From positions 32,001 to 96,000 of the IMG/VR virus record IMGVR_UViG_3300050821_010639: a DNA stretch of 64,000 nt; one strand, given 5' to 3'. Every line of letters begins with the position of its first letter. Position 1 is the first letter of the stretch. The notes beneath the pieces were generated by a model. That model saw nothing but the letters and a program-made list of their open reading frames with translations, ran no database searches and was not told the origin of the DNA. This DNA comes from a virus. The translations under genes were made by a program, and so were the position numbers. Below are positions 1-10,349 of the stretch, piece after piece.

Positions 1-44
1 TCAGCCACGTACTGCTTAACCTGCAATTCCGGCGGAAACACCAT

Positions 45-1121
45 TCACCTCGCCACTCGGTAGACGGTCTCGGGCACAGCCTTGAGCGGTGCGCCCGACG
101 GGCCCTTGACGTAAGCCCGCACCCGCGTGATGCGGGTGCGGCAGACCGCGCAGTGCCCCTTGTCGCCCTCCATGGGTACCGCGTGGTGGGGCCCGTGCGC
201 GGCCGAATAGTCCTCCAGGTGACGAGAATGAGCCTGGACCACCCACTGGCAGCTCCAGTCAATGTCCCGGTGGGCTACCTCGCGGTCATCGATCCGGATG
301 CGCCGCAGCGTCACCACGTTGACCGCGGAACCGCCGATCGAGCGAGCCGCCCGCCGCCGGGCCGGACGCTCAACCTGCGGCTGGGCCGAGGCAACGATCT
401 CGGTCCCCATGAACATCCACAGAGTGTGGGCCCAGCGGGTGATGTCGTCCGCGGTTACGTCATCAGCTTCGATACGACGCCGGCCCAGCGGGTAGTCAAA
501 CGGCACGAACGCTGAGTGCGAGATCGACAGCGGCATGCCCATGGAGCGCAGCCGGCTGGCCATCTCCGGAACCGTGTTGGAGTCAGCGTCATCAACGTGC
601 GAGTACGAGGTGAGCCGTACGCCGTCCCGGCTGGAGCCGGTCTCCGGCGGCGGCCAGTCACCGCCCAGGAAGTCTTCCGGTATGTGCTGCGGGCCCCAGG
701 ACAGCGCCCTGGTGGCGATGCTGTATCCCCCGGCGTCGGTCAGGACGATGGGCGAGTCCAGCCAGGCGAAACCTGCGGGTGACGGCACGTCCCCGGCCCG
801 CAGGTTCACGGTCTGGTGAGCTGTCGCCTCGTAAGTGGCCATGACCGCAGCCACGATGTCCGCCGACACCTGGTAGGTCGGGGCCCCGTACAGCGGGCGG
901 CGCACCATGGCCAGGAAATCCGCCTCGTCATGTGACGGCGCGAACATCTGCAGCCATCGGGCGAGCAGGTCCCGGTCTCCGTTGTCAGCGCCCTCCATCG
1001 AGCGGAAAGCGCGCTCAGAGAAGAACGACCGGTAAAAGTCGACAACCGGCTGCGGCGGGTACTTGAGGCGCTCGTACAGCGTCGTGTGCGCGTCCAGCAC
1101 CTCGCGAGGGGCGGTCACCAC
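45..1121 (-). CDS. Conserved phage-type hypothetical protein (358 aa)
   Basis: Long GC3-rich ORF. C-terminal W-x-V-x-x-H-x-R...VKGP...P motif recalled from actinophage proteins of unknown function. Confidence 0.75.
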   Translation of the reverse strand: MVTAPREVLDAHTTLYERLKYPPQPVVDFYRSFFSERAFRSMEGADNGDRDLLARWLQMFAPSHDEADFLAMVRRPLYGAPTYQVSADIVAAVMATYEATAHQTVNLRAGDVPSPAGFAWLDSPIVLTDAGGYSIATRALSWGPQHIPEDFLGGDWPPPETGSSRDGVRLTSYSHVDDADSNTVPEMASRLRSMGMPLSISHSAFVPFDYPLGRRRIEADDVTADDITRWAHTLWMFMGTEIVASAQPQVERPARRRAARSIGGSAVNVVTLRRIRIDDREVAHRDIDWSCQWVVQAHSRHLEDYSAAHGPHHAVPMEGDKGHCAVCRTRITRVRAYVKGPSGAPLKAVPETVYRVAR

Positions 1122-1276
1122 TCCCCGTTCGCGTGCTCGTCAAGATGCCGCTGCTTTGCTTCCTCGGCCGACACCCGATCCCAGAACTCCTCATCAGGCT
1201 CAACACCTGCTCCGCACACGTTGCAGTCAACGAGGTACTGACGCCGGATGACTACCCTCACAGCAGGAATCTTCAC
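1115..1276 (-). CDS. Small CxxC...H-x3-H zinc-finger-like protein (53 aa), probably leaderless
   Basis: Hand-translated MKIPAVRVVIRRQYLVDCNVCGAG...RHLDEHANGEW. GTG lies about 7 nt after a -10 TAGAGT; its 3' end overlaps the next start. Confidence 0.6.
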   Translation of the reverse strand: MKIPAVRVVIRRQYLVDCNVCGAGVEPDEEFWDRVSAEEAKQRHLDEHANGEW

Positions 1277-1374
1277 ACTCCGACTCTACTCACTCTCTTG
1301 ACTAGGGTCAAGCAATAGAAATGGCTCGGCGGGGCCCCGGACGCGTCGTTCGCGCCAGGGCCCCGCCGCGTCTC

Positions 1375-2562
1375 TCAGGAAGCCTCGGGAGCTTCCCAGT
1401 CCTCGGGCAGCAGGCGGCGGCACCCGTTCCTGATGGAGCCGTCACACATGCCGCCGCCCTGGTGAACGATGAACCCGGCCAGGTCGTGCACGGTACGCAC
1501 GTCCCGCCAGGTCGAGCCGTCCAGGTTGGCGGCCTCAGCCGACACCGCGGCCAGGTCGTACATGGACACGTCGGCGACCGGAGTCTCCTCCAGGTCGGTG
1601 ACGATCCGCAGCTGCAAGTCCCTGCTGACCGGGGACAGGCGGAAATACTGCTCCATGACCGAGCCGTACTCGCCGTCCACGATGTGGTCGGGCAGCGCCC
1701 GCAGCCCGGCGAACGCCGACTCGATCCCGCCAAGGATCTCCTCAGCCGCCTCGCCGGCCCAGTTGTAGGCAGCCTGCGGCGTGGACCCGCGGCGGCTGAA
1801 CCCGGCGCCGGCACGGTCCCAGTCGACCAGGCCCGCCAGGGTCGCGAACCGGAACAGGTACCCGGACACGGTGGTCTGCTTCAGCCCGATGAGGCTGTTG
1901 CTGACCTCGATGCCGAAGCACCAGGCGTCATCCTCGGTGCCCGTCCCGATGACCACCTGCTGGGCCAGCGGGATGACGACCCGGAAGCTGGTGTGCTCCA
2001 GGTCGTGGAACAGCTTGTAGTCCACCAGCGCGCTGTCAGCGGCCTCGCTGCCCAGCTTGGCCCGGACGGCCAGCAGCACGACGTTCAGCAGCTCCACGTT
2101 GGAGAACGGCTCGACCGTGGCACGGGCCTGCGCCACGGCCAGCGGGACGTCCTCGGTGTCTCCCTCGTCGCGCCCAGTGCCGGCGACCAGCATCTTCAGC
2201 TCGATGCCGTCGCCGCTCTTCTTGCGCAGGCCCTCGGTGAGCGCCCAAGTGACGTTGGCCGACAGCATCTCGGGCGGCAGCCACTCGGCGTACTTCTGGT
2301 TGACCCGCGCCACCGAGCCGATGTGCGAGGCGCACTGGCGGGTGAGCTGGTAAACCGTGCCGTCGGGCACCGTGAGCCACGCCGACGACGGGCCGGTCAG
2401 CTCGCCGTCGGGCCACCCCTTGCCGTAGTGCATCTCGATGCCCGGCTCGCAGGTGTAGAAGGTGATGAAGTCAAGCGGCTCGGTGACCGCCAGGCGCTCC
2501 CGGGCCTCGTCCACGGTGAGCATCTGGTCGGCCGCCGGGAAGGGGACGGTGGTGAAGTCCAC
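1375..2562 (-). CDS. Divergent DUF932-like protein (~395 aa)
   Basis: GTG start after a GAGGAGG SD (track ORF extends further into recA). FGIEVSNSLIG...YLFRFATLAGLV resembles the DUF932 NS-x-x-G...R-x-x-C-x-NG core. Confidence 0.55.
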   Translation of the reverse strand: MDFTTVPFPAADQMLTVDEARERLAVTEPLDFITFYTCEPGIEMHYGKGWPDGELTGPSSAWLTVPDGTVYQLTRQCASHIGSVARVNQKYAEWLPPEMLSANVTWALTEGLRKKSGDGIELKMLVAGTGRDEGDTEDVPLAVAQARATVEPFSNVELLNVVLLAVRAKLGSEAADSALVDYKLFHDLEHTSFRVVIPLAQQVVIGTGTEDDAWCFGIEVSNSLIGLKQTTVSGYLFRFATLAGLVDWDRAGAGFSRRGSTPQAAYNWAGEAAEEILGGIESAFAGLRALPDHIVDGEYGSVMEQYFRLSPVSRDLQLRIVTDLEETPVADVSMYDLAAVSAEAANLDGSTWRDVRTVHDLAGFIVHQGGGMCDGSIRNGCRRLLPEDWEAPEAS

Positions 2563-2618
2563 CTCTTTGCCTCCTCGTGTTGGTCTGACTCCACCTACTA
2601 CGGCCGGAGCGCTTTTTA

Positions 2619-3719
2619 TCAGGTCACCGCCGGAACCTCGTCCGTTTCCCACGGCGCGCGCACGTCCACCGGCTCGGCCTTTCCGGCAGGCAGCACCTTC
2701 ACGCTGTCGCTCCCGGTGAGGATCTTGATCTCGATCTCCAGGGCCGTCTCCGGGTTCTCCCGCAAGTACTGAGCCGCCTTGTCCTTGCCCTGGCCGAGCT
2801 GCAGCGGGCCGTAGTTGTACCAGGCGCCGGACTTCTTGACCACGCCGGCGGTCACGCCCATGTCGATGACCTCGCGGACACGCGAGATGCCCTCGCCGGC
2901 CAGGAAGTCGAACTCCGCGGTCTTGAAGGGCGGGGCCATCTTGTTCTTCACGACCTTGACCCGCACCCGGTGCCCGGTGACGTCGAGCCCGTCCTTCAGC
3001 GCCTCGATCCGCCGGATGTCCAGCCGGATCGACGCGTAGAACTTCAGCGCCTTGCCGCCCGTGGTGGTCTCGGGCGAGCCGAACATGATCCCGATCTTCT
3101 CGCGCAGCTGGTTGATGAAGATGATCGTGGTCTTGGTCTGGCTGCACGCGCCGGTGAGCTTGCGCAGCGCCTGGGACATGAGGCGGGCCTGGAGGCCGAC
3201 GTGGCTGTCGCCCATCTCCCCCTCGATCTCGGCCTTGGGCACCAGCGCCGCCACCGAGTCGATGATGATGAGCGCGAACGCGCCCGACCGCACCAGCGTG
3301 TCCGCGATTTCCAGCCCCTGCTCGCCAGTGTCCGGCTGGGAGACGAACATCGCGCCGCTCTCGTGGTGCACGCGGTCCTCGCCGACGTCCACGCCCAGGG
3401 TCTCCGCCCAGGACGGGTCCAGCGCGTGCTCGGCGTCGATCATCGCGACCCGGCCGCCGCCCTTTTGCACGCTGGCGGCGGCGTGCAGCGCGAGACTGGT
3501 CTTGCCGCTGCTCTCCGGGCCGTAGATCTCCACGATCCGGCCGCGGGGCAGCCCGCCGATGCCGAGCGCGTTGTTCAGGGCGAACGAGCCGGAGTCGATG
3601 ACCTCGATGGCCACGCGCTCCTCGTCGCCCAGGCGCATGATCGCGCCCTGGCCGTGCTCTCGCCTGATCTTGGCCAGCGCCTCTTCAAGCGGGTCCTTAC
3701 CTGGTGCCTTACCTGGCAT
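2619..3719 (-). CDS. recA: RecA recombinase
   Basis: [67 protein letters not shown]. Confidence 0.98.
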   Translation of the reverse strand: MPGKAPGKDPLEEALAKIRREHGQGAIMRLGDEERVAIEVIDSGSFALNNALGIGGLPRGRIVEIYGPESSGKTSLALHAAASVQKGGGRVAMIDAEHALDPSWAETLGVDVGEDRVHHESGAMFVSQPDTGEQGLEIADTLVRSGAFALIIIDSVAALVPKAEIEGEMGDSHVGLQARLMSQALRKLTGACSQTKTTIIFINQLREKIGIMFGSPETTTGGKALKFYASIRLDIRRIEALKDGLDVTGHRVRVKVVKNKMAPPFKTAEFDFLAGEGISRVREVIDMGVTAGVVKKSGAWYNYGPLQLGQGKDKAAQYLRENPETALEIEIKILTGSDSVKVLPAGKAEPVDVRAPWETDEVPAVT

Positions 3720-4341
3720 CGACGGTTTCCTTCCGGAGCACGGGCCAGACGATGGCCGGGTGAGCGGGCTTGTTCTTCTTGGCGGGCACGATCCTGGTCA
3801 GGACCGCCCGCCGGTCGGCAGGCATCCGGGCCGGGGCGAAGCCGAGCCAGTCCGCGCCCATGTGAGCCAGGGTGTAGGCGTCGGCGTCGTCGGTGCCGGT
3901 GAAACCGATGTCCGGCCAGCGCCGCTCGGCCGCCAACAGGCACTCTTCCTTGGGAACCCGCCCCTTGCCGGTCAGGTACAGCATCCGCAGGGACGGCTGA
4001 ACGACGGCACACGGGAGGCCGAGCTGGTAGAGCCGGTGCCGGATAACCCAGTGCAGGCCGGCCAGCTCCAGGTGCGCCTCCACGCCCAGGACGCCCGAGC
4101 CGGCGATGCCCTCGATAAGCACCAGGTCGCACCCCTCGGCCGCGCGGACCATGTTGTCCAGGTGCCAGGCCATGCGCTCGGGCCCGCGCAGCTTCGCCGG
4201 CGGCTTCCAGCGGTACAGCGCCGCCGGCTCGCCCAGCGGGCCGATCTTGGCCCCGCCAGACAGGGTGAGCGAGGGGTCAAGGCCCAAGACCCGGAGGCCC
4301 GCCAGGCCAGCCTGGCGGGCCTCCGGCACGGCGTCAGTCAC
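3709..4341 (-). CDS. RuvC-like Holliday junction resolvase
   Basis: [17 protein letters not shown] and DDADAY acidic motifs; adjacent to recA. Confidence 0.85.
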   Translation of the reverse strand: MTDAVPEARQAGLAGLRVLGLDPSLTLSGGAKIGPLGEPAALYRWKPPAKLRGPERMAWHLDNMVRAAEGCDLVLIEGIAGSGVLGVEAHLELAGLHWVIRHRLYQLGLPCAVVQPSLRMLYLTGKGRVPKEECLLAAERRWPDIGFTGTDDADAYTLAHMGADWLGFAPARMPADRRAVLTRIVPAKKNKPAHPAIVWPVLRKETVDAR

Positions 4342-5480
4342 TAGTCGGCCAGGATCTCATCGAACGACTGGGCCGGCCTGCCGCCGCCGTTGCTAGCCGC
4401 CGCAGGCGCGCCAGCCATGGCCGGCTCCTCGGCGAACGGGTCAGCCGCCTGCTCAGCAGGGGCGGGCTCCCGCGTCGCGGCGGGCGGGGCGGCGGGCTCG
4501 CCGAACAGGTCATCGTCCACGGCCTGGTCCGGCGCGGCCTTGCTGCCCTGCGGCGCGAACTCGTCCAGGCCGCCAGGGTGGTCGGCGAGCAGGTCGTCCA
4601 GGCTCTTGTCCAGGTCCTGGCCCGGCTGGCCGCTGGACAGCGCGCTGTCGCTGATCGGGTCGGGAACCGGAATCCCGTTCTCGAAGCGTTCGAGCTTCGC
4701 CCACGCGGCCTCAACCGTGTCCACGTCAGTGGTCATGAAGTCGCGGTCCGGCTCCTTCCCGCAGGCGACGCGCAGGTGCGCCTCGGTCGGCCGGTTGGAC
4801 TTCGTTCCCCACAGCGCCTTAACCAGCTCCGCGACCTTCGGGTCACGGTGAGCGGGCCGGAGAGGCGACTTGAACAGGTGCCGCTTGAAGTTATCGTCCT
4901 CGCACCAGACCACCACGTCGGCAGCCCGCCACTCGAACGCTGCTCCCGGCGGAAGGTCCAGCAGGTTCTGGATCTCCGGGCGAACGTCCAGCAGGTTGTT
5001 GTACTGCCGCTGCGTCATCGACCAGACGAGGATCTCCGCCATCGGCGGGACCTGCAGCTCAGTGCTCCCCCGGCTGGTGCACTTGTAGCGGATGACCGGG
5101 ACGGCCCACCGGCGGTCCGGGGACATCCCCCGGGTGCCCTTCACGGCCGAGGCGCAGGCCGGGCACCGGACCGGGTCCAGGCCGTTGCCCGACCCTTCGA
5201 TGACGGAAGGGTCACCCAGGCAGATCTGCCCGCCGACGAACGTCGTGGCGTAGACCTGCTTGTAGACGGACCCGTCCTTGCGCTTCTTGTCCTCCATGAC
5301 GGGCGAGCCGTCCTCGTTGAAATAGGGGGCACGGAAGGCGTGGACCCACTCGTACCACACCTCGTCCCTGTTCCCCGGGATGAGGAGGCGGGCGTACTCC
5401 CCGGTCACCAGCGTGAGGCTGGGGAACTGGTCCGCCTGGCCGCCGGTGCGGAAACCCTCGTCAAGCGATGCTCTCGGCAT
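4341..5480 (-). CDS. Putative phage single-stranded DNA-binding protein (gp32-like)
   Basis: H...C...CPAC Zn-like motif, aromatic-rich core and long acidic tail ending SFDEILAD; lies between resolvase and polymerase. Confidence 0.6.
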   Translation of the reverse strand: MPRASLDEGFRTGGQADQFPSLTLVTGEYARLLIPGNRDEVWYEWVHAFRAPYFNEDGSPVMEDKKRKDGSVYKQVYATTFVGGQICLGDPSVIEGSGNGLDPVRCPACASAVKGTRGMSPDRRWAVPVIRYKCTSRGSTELQVPPMAEILVWSMTQRQYNNLLDVRPEIQNLLDLPPGAAFEWRAADVVVWCEDDNFKRHLFKSPLRPAHRDPKVAELVKALWGTKSNRPTEAHLRVACGKEPDRDFMTTDVDTVEAAWAKLERFENGIPVPDPISDSALSSGQPGQDLDKSLDDLLADHPGGLDEFAPQGSKAAPDQAVDDDLFGEPAAPPAATREPAPAEQAADPFAEEPAMAGAPAAASNGGGRPAQSFDEILAD

Positions 5481-5534
5481 ACTGTCTCCCTGGTCGGATT
5501 CTCTGCCCACCTACTACGCCCGGCGCCCGCAGCC

Positions 5535-5696
5535 TCAGTGATCAGTGACCGCCCTGATTGCCTGCGCCTCGGGAACGACCTCAAGCCGGTCCACCGGGTA
5601 GTTCCAGCGTTCGATCGGGTCGGGAACCTGCAGCTCGAAGTCCCCGAACTCGTGAACGACGCGCGTCAGTTCCTCGATGGCCTCTGTGGCTTTCAT
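5535..5696 (-). CDS. Small hypothetical protein (53 aa)
   Basis: ATG start MKATEAIEEL; GC3-rich. Confidence 0.5.
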   Translation of the reverse strand: MKATEAIEELTRVVHEFGDFELQVPDPIERWNYPVDRLEVVPEAQAIRAVTDH

Positions 5697-5709
5697 GCCG
5701 CCACGATCG

Positions 5710-6198
5710 TCAGCGTTCGAGCGAGGACGACCACGGGATGTAGTGCTGCAATGTGGTGAGCAGCTCGGCGCGGATGTCGCGCAGGCCGAAGAACATGCCC
5801 TTGGCGGCGTCCTCGGCCTGCTCGATGAGGTCGGCGGTAGCCTCGGCGGCCCGCTGCTCACGGCGCTGGGGCGACGACGTGACGCGCGCCTGGACCTCGC
5901 GGTCCTTGACGCTCTCGTACTCGCGGGCCATGGCCGCCTTCGCGAACTTCACCAGCGCCTCGTCATAGGCGTCGGACGTGACGGCGGCGGCCCGCTTCGC
6001 CTCGCGCCGGGCACGGCGCCGGTACCCGGCCACCTCGGCCATGATGACCTCGGCACGGTCCAGCCGGGGCCGCAGCACCTCGCGCAGCACCCGGTGAACC
6101 TCCGCAGGGTCCGCGTCGTGCGCGGGCACCTCGAAAGCGCGCAGCCCGGCCATCTCGTTGAGCAGGTCGGTAACCTGCTGACGGGCGGCCTCAGTCAC
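5710..6198 (-). CDS. Coiled-coil protein, possibly a UvsY-like recombination mediator
   Basis: All-helical 162 aa, translationally coupled, near SSB and RecA. Function is inference. Confidence 0.5.
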   Translation of the reverse strand: MTEAARQQVTDLLNEMAGLRAFEVPAHDADPAEVHRVLREVLRPRLDRAEVIMAEVAGYRRRARREAKRAAAVTSDAYDEALVKFAKAAMAREYESVKDREVQARVTSSPQRREQRAAEATADLIEQAEDAAKGMFFGLRDIRAELLTTLQHYIPWSSSLER

Positions 6199-6500
6199 TC
6201 AGCCGACTTCTTTGGCGCGTACTTGTCGAGCAGCCGGTTGCGCTCCGCGCGGTGCTTCGCCACTTCCGTCATGTGGGTCTCCCGCTGGGCTGGCTCCTGC
6301 TTAGCCAGGGAGACGTGCCTGAACGCTGCCGCCTCAGCGGACATGATCCCGAAGACATCGCCGGTCGTCATCCGCGCGGCGCACGCTGCCGGGTCTTCCA
6401 CCCCGCGGGCTGCGAGCATGCGAAGCAGGTCGGTCTCCTCCACGAGTACGTCGAACCTGACCTTGCCCCAGTCAGTGGCCCAGCCATCCTTGATTTCCAT
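6195..6500 (-). CDS. Hypothetical protein
   Basis: Stop overlaps the downstream start by 4 nt. Confidence 0.65.
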   Translation of the reverse strand: MEIKDGWATDWGKVRFDVLVEETDLLRMLAARGVEDPAACAARMTTGDVFGIMSAEAAAFRHVSLAKQEPAQRETHMTEVAKHRAERNRLLDKYAPKKSAE

Positions 6501-6508
6501 GCCGTCTA

Positions 6509-9007
6509 CTACAGCCGAAGACCAGCGGTCAGCGCGGCGGAATCCACCGAGTCCGCGGCGTAGCGCACCGACGCGCTGCCGAGGATGACCGAGACGTGCG
6601 GCTCGTAGGCCGGCGACAGCCCGCAGGGGAACTTCACCGGCACGCTGCCGCCGGGCAGCCGCAGCTCAACCGAGTTCTGACCGGGCAGCGCCCGCATCAG
6701 CTCGGCCAGCCTGGTCACCTGCTCGCGCGTCGGGTCCTCGCGCACCACTACGACCACCTTCCGCGGCGGCCCCGGCTCCGGGGCAGGGACCGCAGGCAGC
6801 TCCGAGTCCCGGGGAGACTCGGCGGTTTCTGGGACTTGCGGCCTCGGCCCGGGTGCGACGTGGCAGCGCTCGCACTTGTCCTTCTTGCCGACCACGACCT
6901 GGCCGTCCTCGACATGGATGTCTTTGACCGAGCCCCAGGACTTGCCCATGTGCCACTCGGCGACCATCTCCGGCCAGGGCTCGCCCGGCCCGGTGACCGG
7001 GTAGGCGACCGCGGGCTGCAGCAGGCGGATGACCTCGACCGGGGGAACGTCCTTGCGCACCTCGAACATCAGGGCGTCGTGGACGTTCATAATCAGGCGG
7101 ACCTTATCAGTCAGCCCGGCCCTGGCCAGGGCGCGGATCGCACGGACCATGGCCACCTTCACGTAGTCGCCGGTAGCCGGCCCCTGGATAACCGCGTTGC
7201 CGGCCGTCATCTCCTCGGCTGCCCGCACCCTGGGGTTCTCGTCCCTGATGCGGTGCAGGGTAATCCGGCGGCCGAACTTCGTGATGACGTACCCGTCGCG
7301 CCGGGCCCGCGCGATGGCCCTGCGGCGGTACGGCTGCATGTGCGGGTAGGCCGCGTTGTACTGCGCGTCCTTCTCCTGGGCCTGGTCGATGGTCAGGCCC
7401 AGCTGGTCGGCCAGCGCCCGGATGCCCTGGCCGTAGACCGAGGCGAAATTCCTGGTCTTGCCTATCTGCCTGTCCGCCTTGGTCACGTCCTCGACGGCGA
7501 TACCGAGCATTAGCGCGGCGGTGCGGCTGTGCACGTCCTGCCCGCTGGCGAACGCCTCCAGCAGGGCCGTCTCGCCGGCCTCCGCCGCCATGACCCGCAG
7601 CTCGATCTGGGAGTAGTCGAACCCGAGGAAGTAGTAGCCTAGCTCCTCCGGCTCGGGCGTGTCCGGGCAGCCGGCCTCTTCCAGCACCAGGTCATACCAG
7701 GGCCGCGAGCCCGGCAGCGTCGCGGCGAGGACGTCACGGAAGTTAAAGTCGAACACCGTCCCGTCACGCAGCTCGTAGTGGTAGTAGCCCGGTGACTGCT
7801 GGTAGTTCATCGACTCGCAGGAGAACCGGCCGCCGATGGTGCCGTGCTGCAGCAGCGAGGGGTGGGCCCGGCCGTCAGCCGCCCAGCTGTACTTGTCCTC
7901 GTAGATATCGAGGAAGTTGGCGCGCAGCGTCAGCAGCCGGGCCCACCCCATGTACTTCCTGACCACGGGGTAGTCCTTGGCCAGGCCGGGCAGCGCGTTC
8001 TTGGCGTCCACGCTCGGCTTGCCGCCCGGCGTCTTGTGCAGGACCGGCATGCCGCACTTGTTGTAGAGCAGGTCCCCGAACTGGGCGCTGCTGTTGAAGT
8101 TGAAGGACGGCGGCAGCTTCTCGCCGGTCATCTCCTCGAAGTCCCCGATGATTTCCGCCATCAGCCGCTCGGCGAACTCGCGGGCCTCCGCCGACTTGGC
8201 CCGCATCAGGTTCCAGTCGTAGCGAATGCCGACGTCACTCATCGAGCAGATGACCGGCAGCACGTTCATCTCGACCTTGTAGATGAACGCGCCCTTCACC
8301 CGCGGCCAGCGGTCCAGGTGGTGGCGCAGGCACCACACCGCGTCCTCGCACGCGTAGGCGATGACCTCCGGGTCGGCCGGGTTGAAGACATTGAACCGGA
8401 CCGACTTCTTCTCCTTCTCCGTCGGCGGCCGGCCGAGGATGGCGGCTTGCAACTCAGCCAGCTCGCGCATCTTGTGGCCGTAGTTGTCCAGCGTGGAGGC
8501 CTTGAGCGCGTGGCTCTTGTTCTTGCCCTCGGAGTAGCTCTCCAGCATCGTGCAGGACCGGACCGGGTAGTAGCCGTGCGAGGCCCGGACCTGACGGCCG
8601 AACAGCGGGTGGTCCCACAAGTTGCGCAGGAACCACCGGGCAGCCCACCGGAGTTCGGCAACCGCGCCGTGCGCCACCCCGAGCGGCAGGCCCTCGTCAT
8701 CGACCGCGTGCAGCAGCTCCCACAGCAGGGGAGCGACCGCCTTGTTGTCGACGTTGGCGCCTGAGTCGAAAGCCAGCGGGATCATCCGGGCCCAGGCGAG
8801 GGAGTTGGTGAGCTGCCAGGAGACCAGGAAGTTCTCCTCCGGGTGCAGCGACGCGCCCTCGCGCGAGTCCCCCAGGTAACCGGTCTCCACGTCGAACCCG
8901 AACGGCAGCTTGGCCGCCATCAGCGCGAGCACGCGCTCGCGGATCTCGCCCAGGTCGGTGAGCAGGTCGTAGCTCGGGGCTGCCGGGACATCGGTGACCG
9001 CGGTCAC
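6509..9007 (-). CDS. Family A DNA polymerase with 3'-5' exonuclease and a C-terminal extension
   Basis: Exo I FDVET, Exo III YACED, motif A DYSQIELR, motif B RQIGKTRNFASVYG, motif C NVHDAL. Confidence 0.95.
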   Translation of the reverse strand: MTAVTDVPAAPSYDLLTDLGEIRERVLALMAAKLPFGFDVETGYLGDSREGASLHPEENFLVSWQLTNSLAWARMIPLAFDSGANVDNKAVAPLLWELLHAVDDEGLPLGVAHGAVAELRWAARWFLRNLWDHPLFGRQVRASHGYYPVRSCTMLESYSEGKNKSHALKASTLDNYGHKMRELAELQAAILGRPPTEKEKKSVRFNVFNPADPEVIAYACEDAVWCLRHHLDRWPRVKGAFIYKVEMNVLPVICSMSDVGIRYDWNLMRAKSAEAREFAERLMAEIIGDFEEMTGEKLPPSFNFNSSAQFGDLLYNKCGMPVLHKTPGGKPSVDAKNALPGLAKDYPVVRKYMGWARLLTLRANFLDIYEDKYSWAADGRAHPSLLQHGTIGGRFSCESMNYQQSPGYYHYELRDGTVFDFNFRDVLAATLPGSRPWYDLVLEEAGCPDTPEPEELGYYFLGFDYSQIELRVMAAEAGETALLEAFASGQDVHSRTAALMLGIAVEDVTKADRQIGKTRNFASVYGQGIRALADQLGLTIDQAQEKDAQYNAAYPHMQPYRRRAIARARRDGYVITKFGRRITLHRIRDENPRVRAAEEMTAGNAVIQGPATGDYVKVAMVRAIRALARAGLTDKVRLIMNVHDALMFEVRKDVPPVEVIRLLQPAVAYPVTGPGEPWPEMVAEWHMGKSWGSVKDIHVEDGQVVVGKKDKCERCHVAPGPRPQVPETAESPRDSELPAVPAPEPGPPRKVVVVVREDPTREQVTRLAELMRALPGQNSVELRLPGGSVPVKFPCGLSPAYEPHVSVILGSASVRYAADSVDSAALTAGLRL

Positions 9008-9222
9008 AGCCCGGCCTCGCAGAGCCTGCAGACGTCCATCGAGAACATCGCCTCCTCAGGGAACAGGCACCCGCACAGCGAGCACCAGTAGATGCTTGAC
9101 TCGCGGGCCTTCTTGGCGCAGCACGACCCGTACATCAGGCCGCCCACCTCGGTACACGACACCCGCGCCGCCCACCGGCGGCAGCCGAAGCACCGGACGT
9201 AAGGAGACGGAAGGGCCTGCAC
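9004..9222 (-). CDS. Small Cys-rich protein
   Basis: Several CxxC pairs; stop overlaps the polymerase start. Confidence 0.5.
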   Translation of the reverse strand: MQALPSPYVRCFGCRRWAARVSCTEVGGLMYGSCCAKKARESSIYWCSLCGCLFPEEAMFSMDVCRLCEAGL

Positions 9223-9405
9223 AGCTATACGGCGCTATCTCCGCCGGCGTCGTGCTCGGCGATTTTCACGCGCATCGCGGCAAGCTGACCGGGGTCCATG
9301 ACCTTCATGGCCGCGCCCACGATGACCAGCAGCTGGTCACGCTCGGTTGTCATGTCTCTGAGTTCGCGCCTGGCCAGTGCCAGGTCGTCCGCGTCGCAAC
9401 CCATG

Positions 9406-10344
9406 TCACCAACGAGCTACGAGCGACTCGGCGACGCCAGCCCGCGTGCCGCTGCGCCAGGCGGACTCGGCGACGGCGAGCGCCCGGCGGCAGCGGCCGA
9501 TGCGGTCGGCAGTGTACGCGCCGATGTAGGGGATGACCCGGCTGGCCACGAAACGGTCGACCCGCTCGCGGGACGCGGCCTCGCGCGGGTGCATGCCGTC
9601 GCGGACCCCGGCGCTGATCTGCTCGGCAGCCACCAGGCGCGAGGCCAGCAGGCCGATGACCGCGCCCAGGTCCGGGGCGCTCAGCTGGCCGGCCACCGCG
9701 ACGGCGGCCCGCTTGTCCCCGCTCATGAGCAGGTCGGCGAAGTCACCGCCGGGCTCGGCCGGGCAGACGACTGCGGCCATCTCCCGGCCCGGTGCCAGCC
9801 CGGCCATTCGGGCCTGCTCGCACGCCAGGTAGGCCCGCTCCAGGCTCCCGCACCGGGCGAGCACGTCGTAGGCGAAGTTGGGCGTCGCCCCGGGCCACCA
9901 GGACGCCACCAGCGCAGTCCGGTCCTCCACCTTGCTCGGCTCGCAGCACCGGACCAGCTGGGCGGCCTTGGAGGCCTGCAGCGCGGCCAGGTGCGGCACC
10001 AGCGCGGTGCCGTCGCGGGCGAAGTCGGGCTCAGCGGAGACGAGCACCGTGTACGTGGCGTCCAGCCCGCCGTCCGCGGCCACCAGGGCCGCGTTCCCGG
10101 CGTTCTTCAGCTTCTCCGCCCCGTAGACCACGGTCCTCCGGCCGCCCGGCGGCGGGCTGGACAGCAGGGCGTCCCAGACCTCGCGCTCGGGCACCTCCCC
10201 GGCGAACAGCGCACCGCACTGGTCAGGCGGCGCCCCCTCACGGTGCGCCGCCACCACCTCCCGTACGAGCACGGGCTCCGGGCCGCACACCCAGGTGACC
10301 TTGCGAAGGGGCTTCTTGCGCTGCCACTGCCAGTACGTCGCCAT
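9406..10344 (-). CDS. DNA polymerase III delta (HolA)-like clamp-loader subunit
   Basis: VTWVCGPEPVLV and SSPPPGGRRTVVYGAEKL match the HolA pattern; 312 aa. Confidence 0.7.
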   Translation of the reverse strand: MATYWQWQRKKPLRKVTWVCGPEPVLVREVVAAHREGAPPDQCGALFAGEVPEREVWDALLSSPPPGGRRTVVYGAEKLKNAGNAALVAADGGLDATYTVLVSAEPDFARDGTALVPHLAALQASKAAQLVRCCEPSKVEDRTALVASWWPGATPNFAYDVLARCGSLERAYLACEQARMAGLAPGREMAAVVCPAEPGGDFADLLMSGDKRAAVAVAGQLSAPDLGAVIGLLASRLVAAEQISAGVRDGMHPREAASRERVDRFVASRVIPYIGAYTADRIGRCRRALAVAESAWRSGTRAGVAESLVARW

Positions 10345-10349
10345 GCCCC

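Noticed and set aside
2563-3147. N-terminal extension of the 590-aa track ORF
   Set aside because: Overlaps recA in another frame; a strong SD supports the start at 2562.
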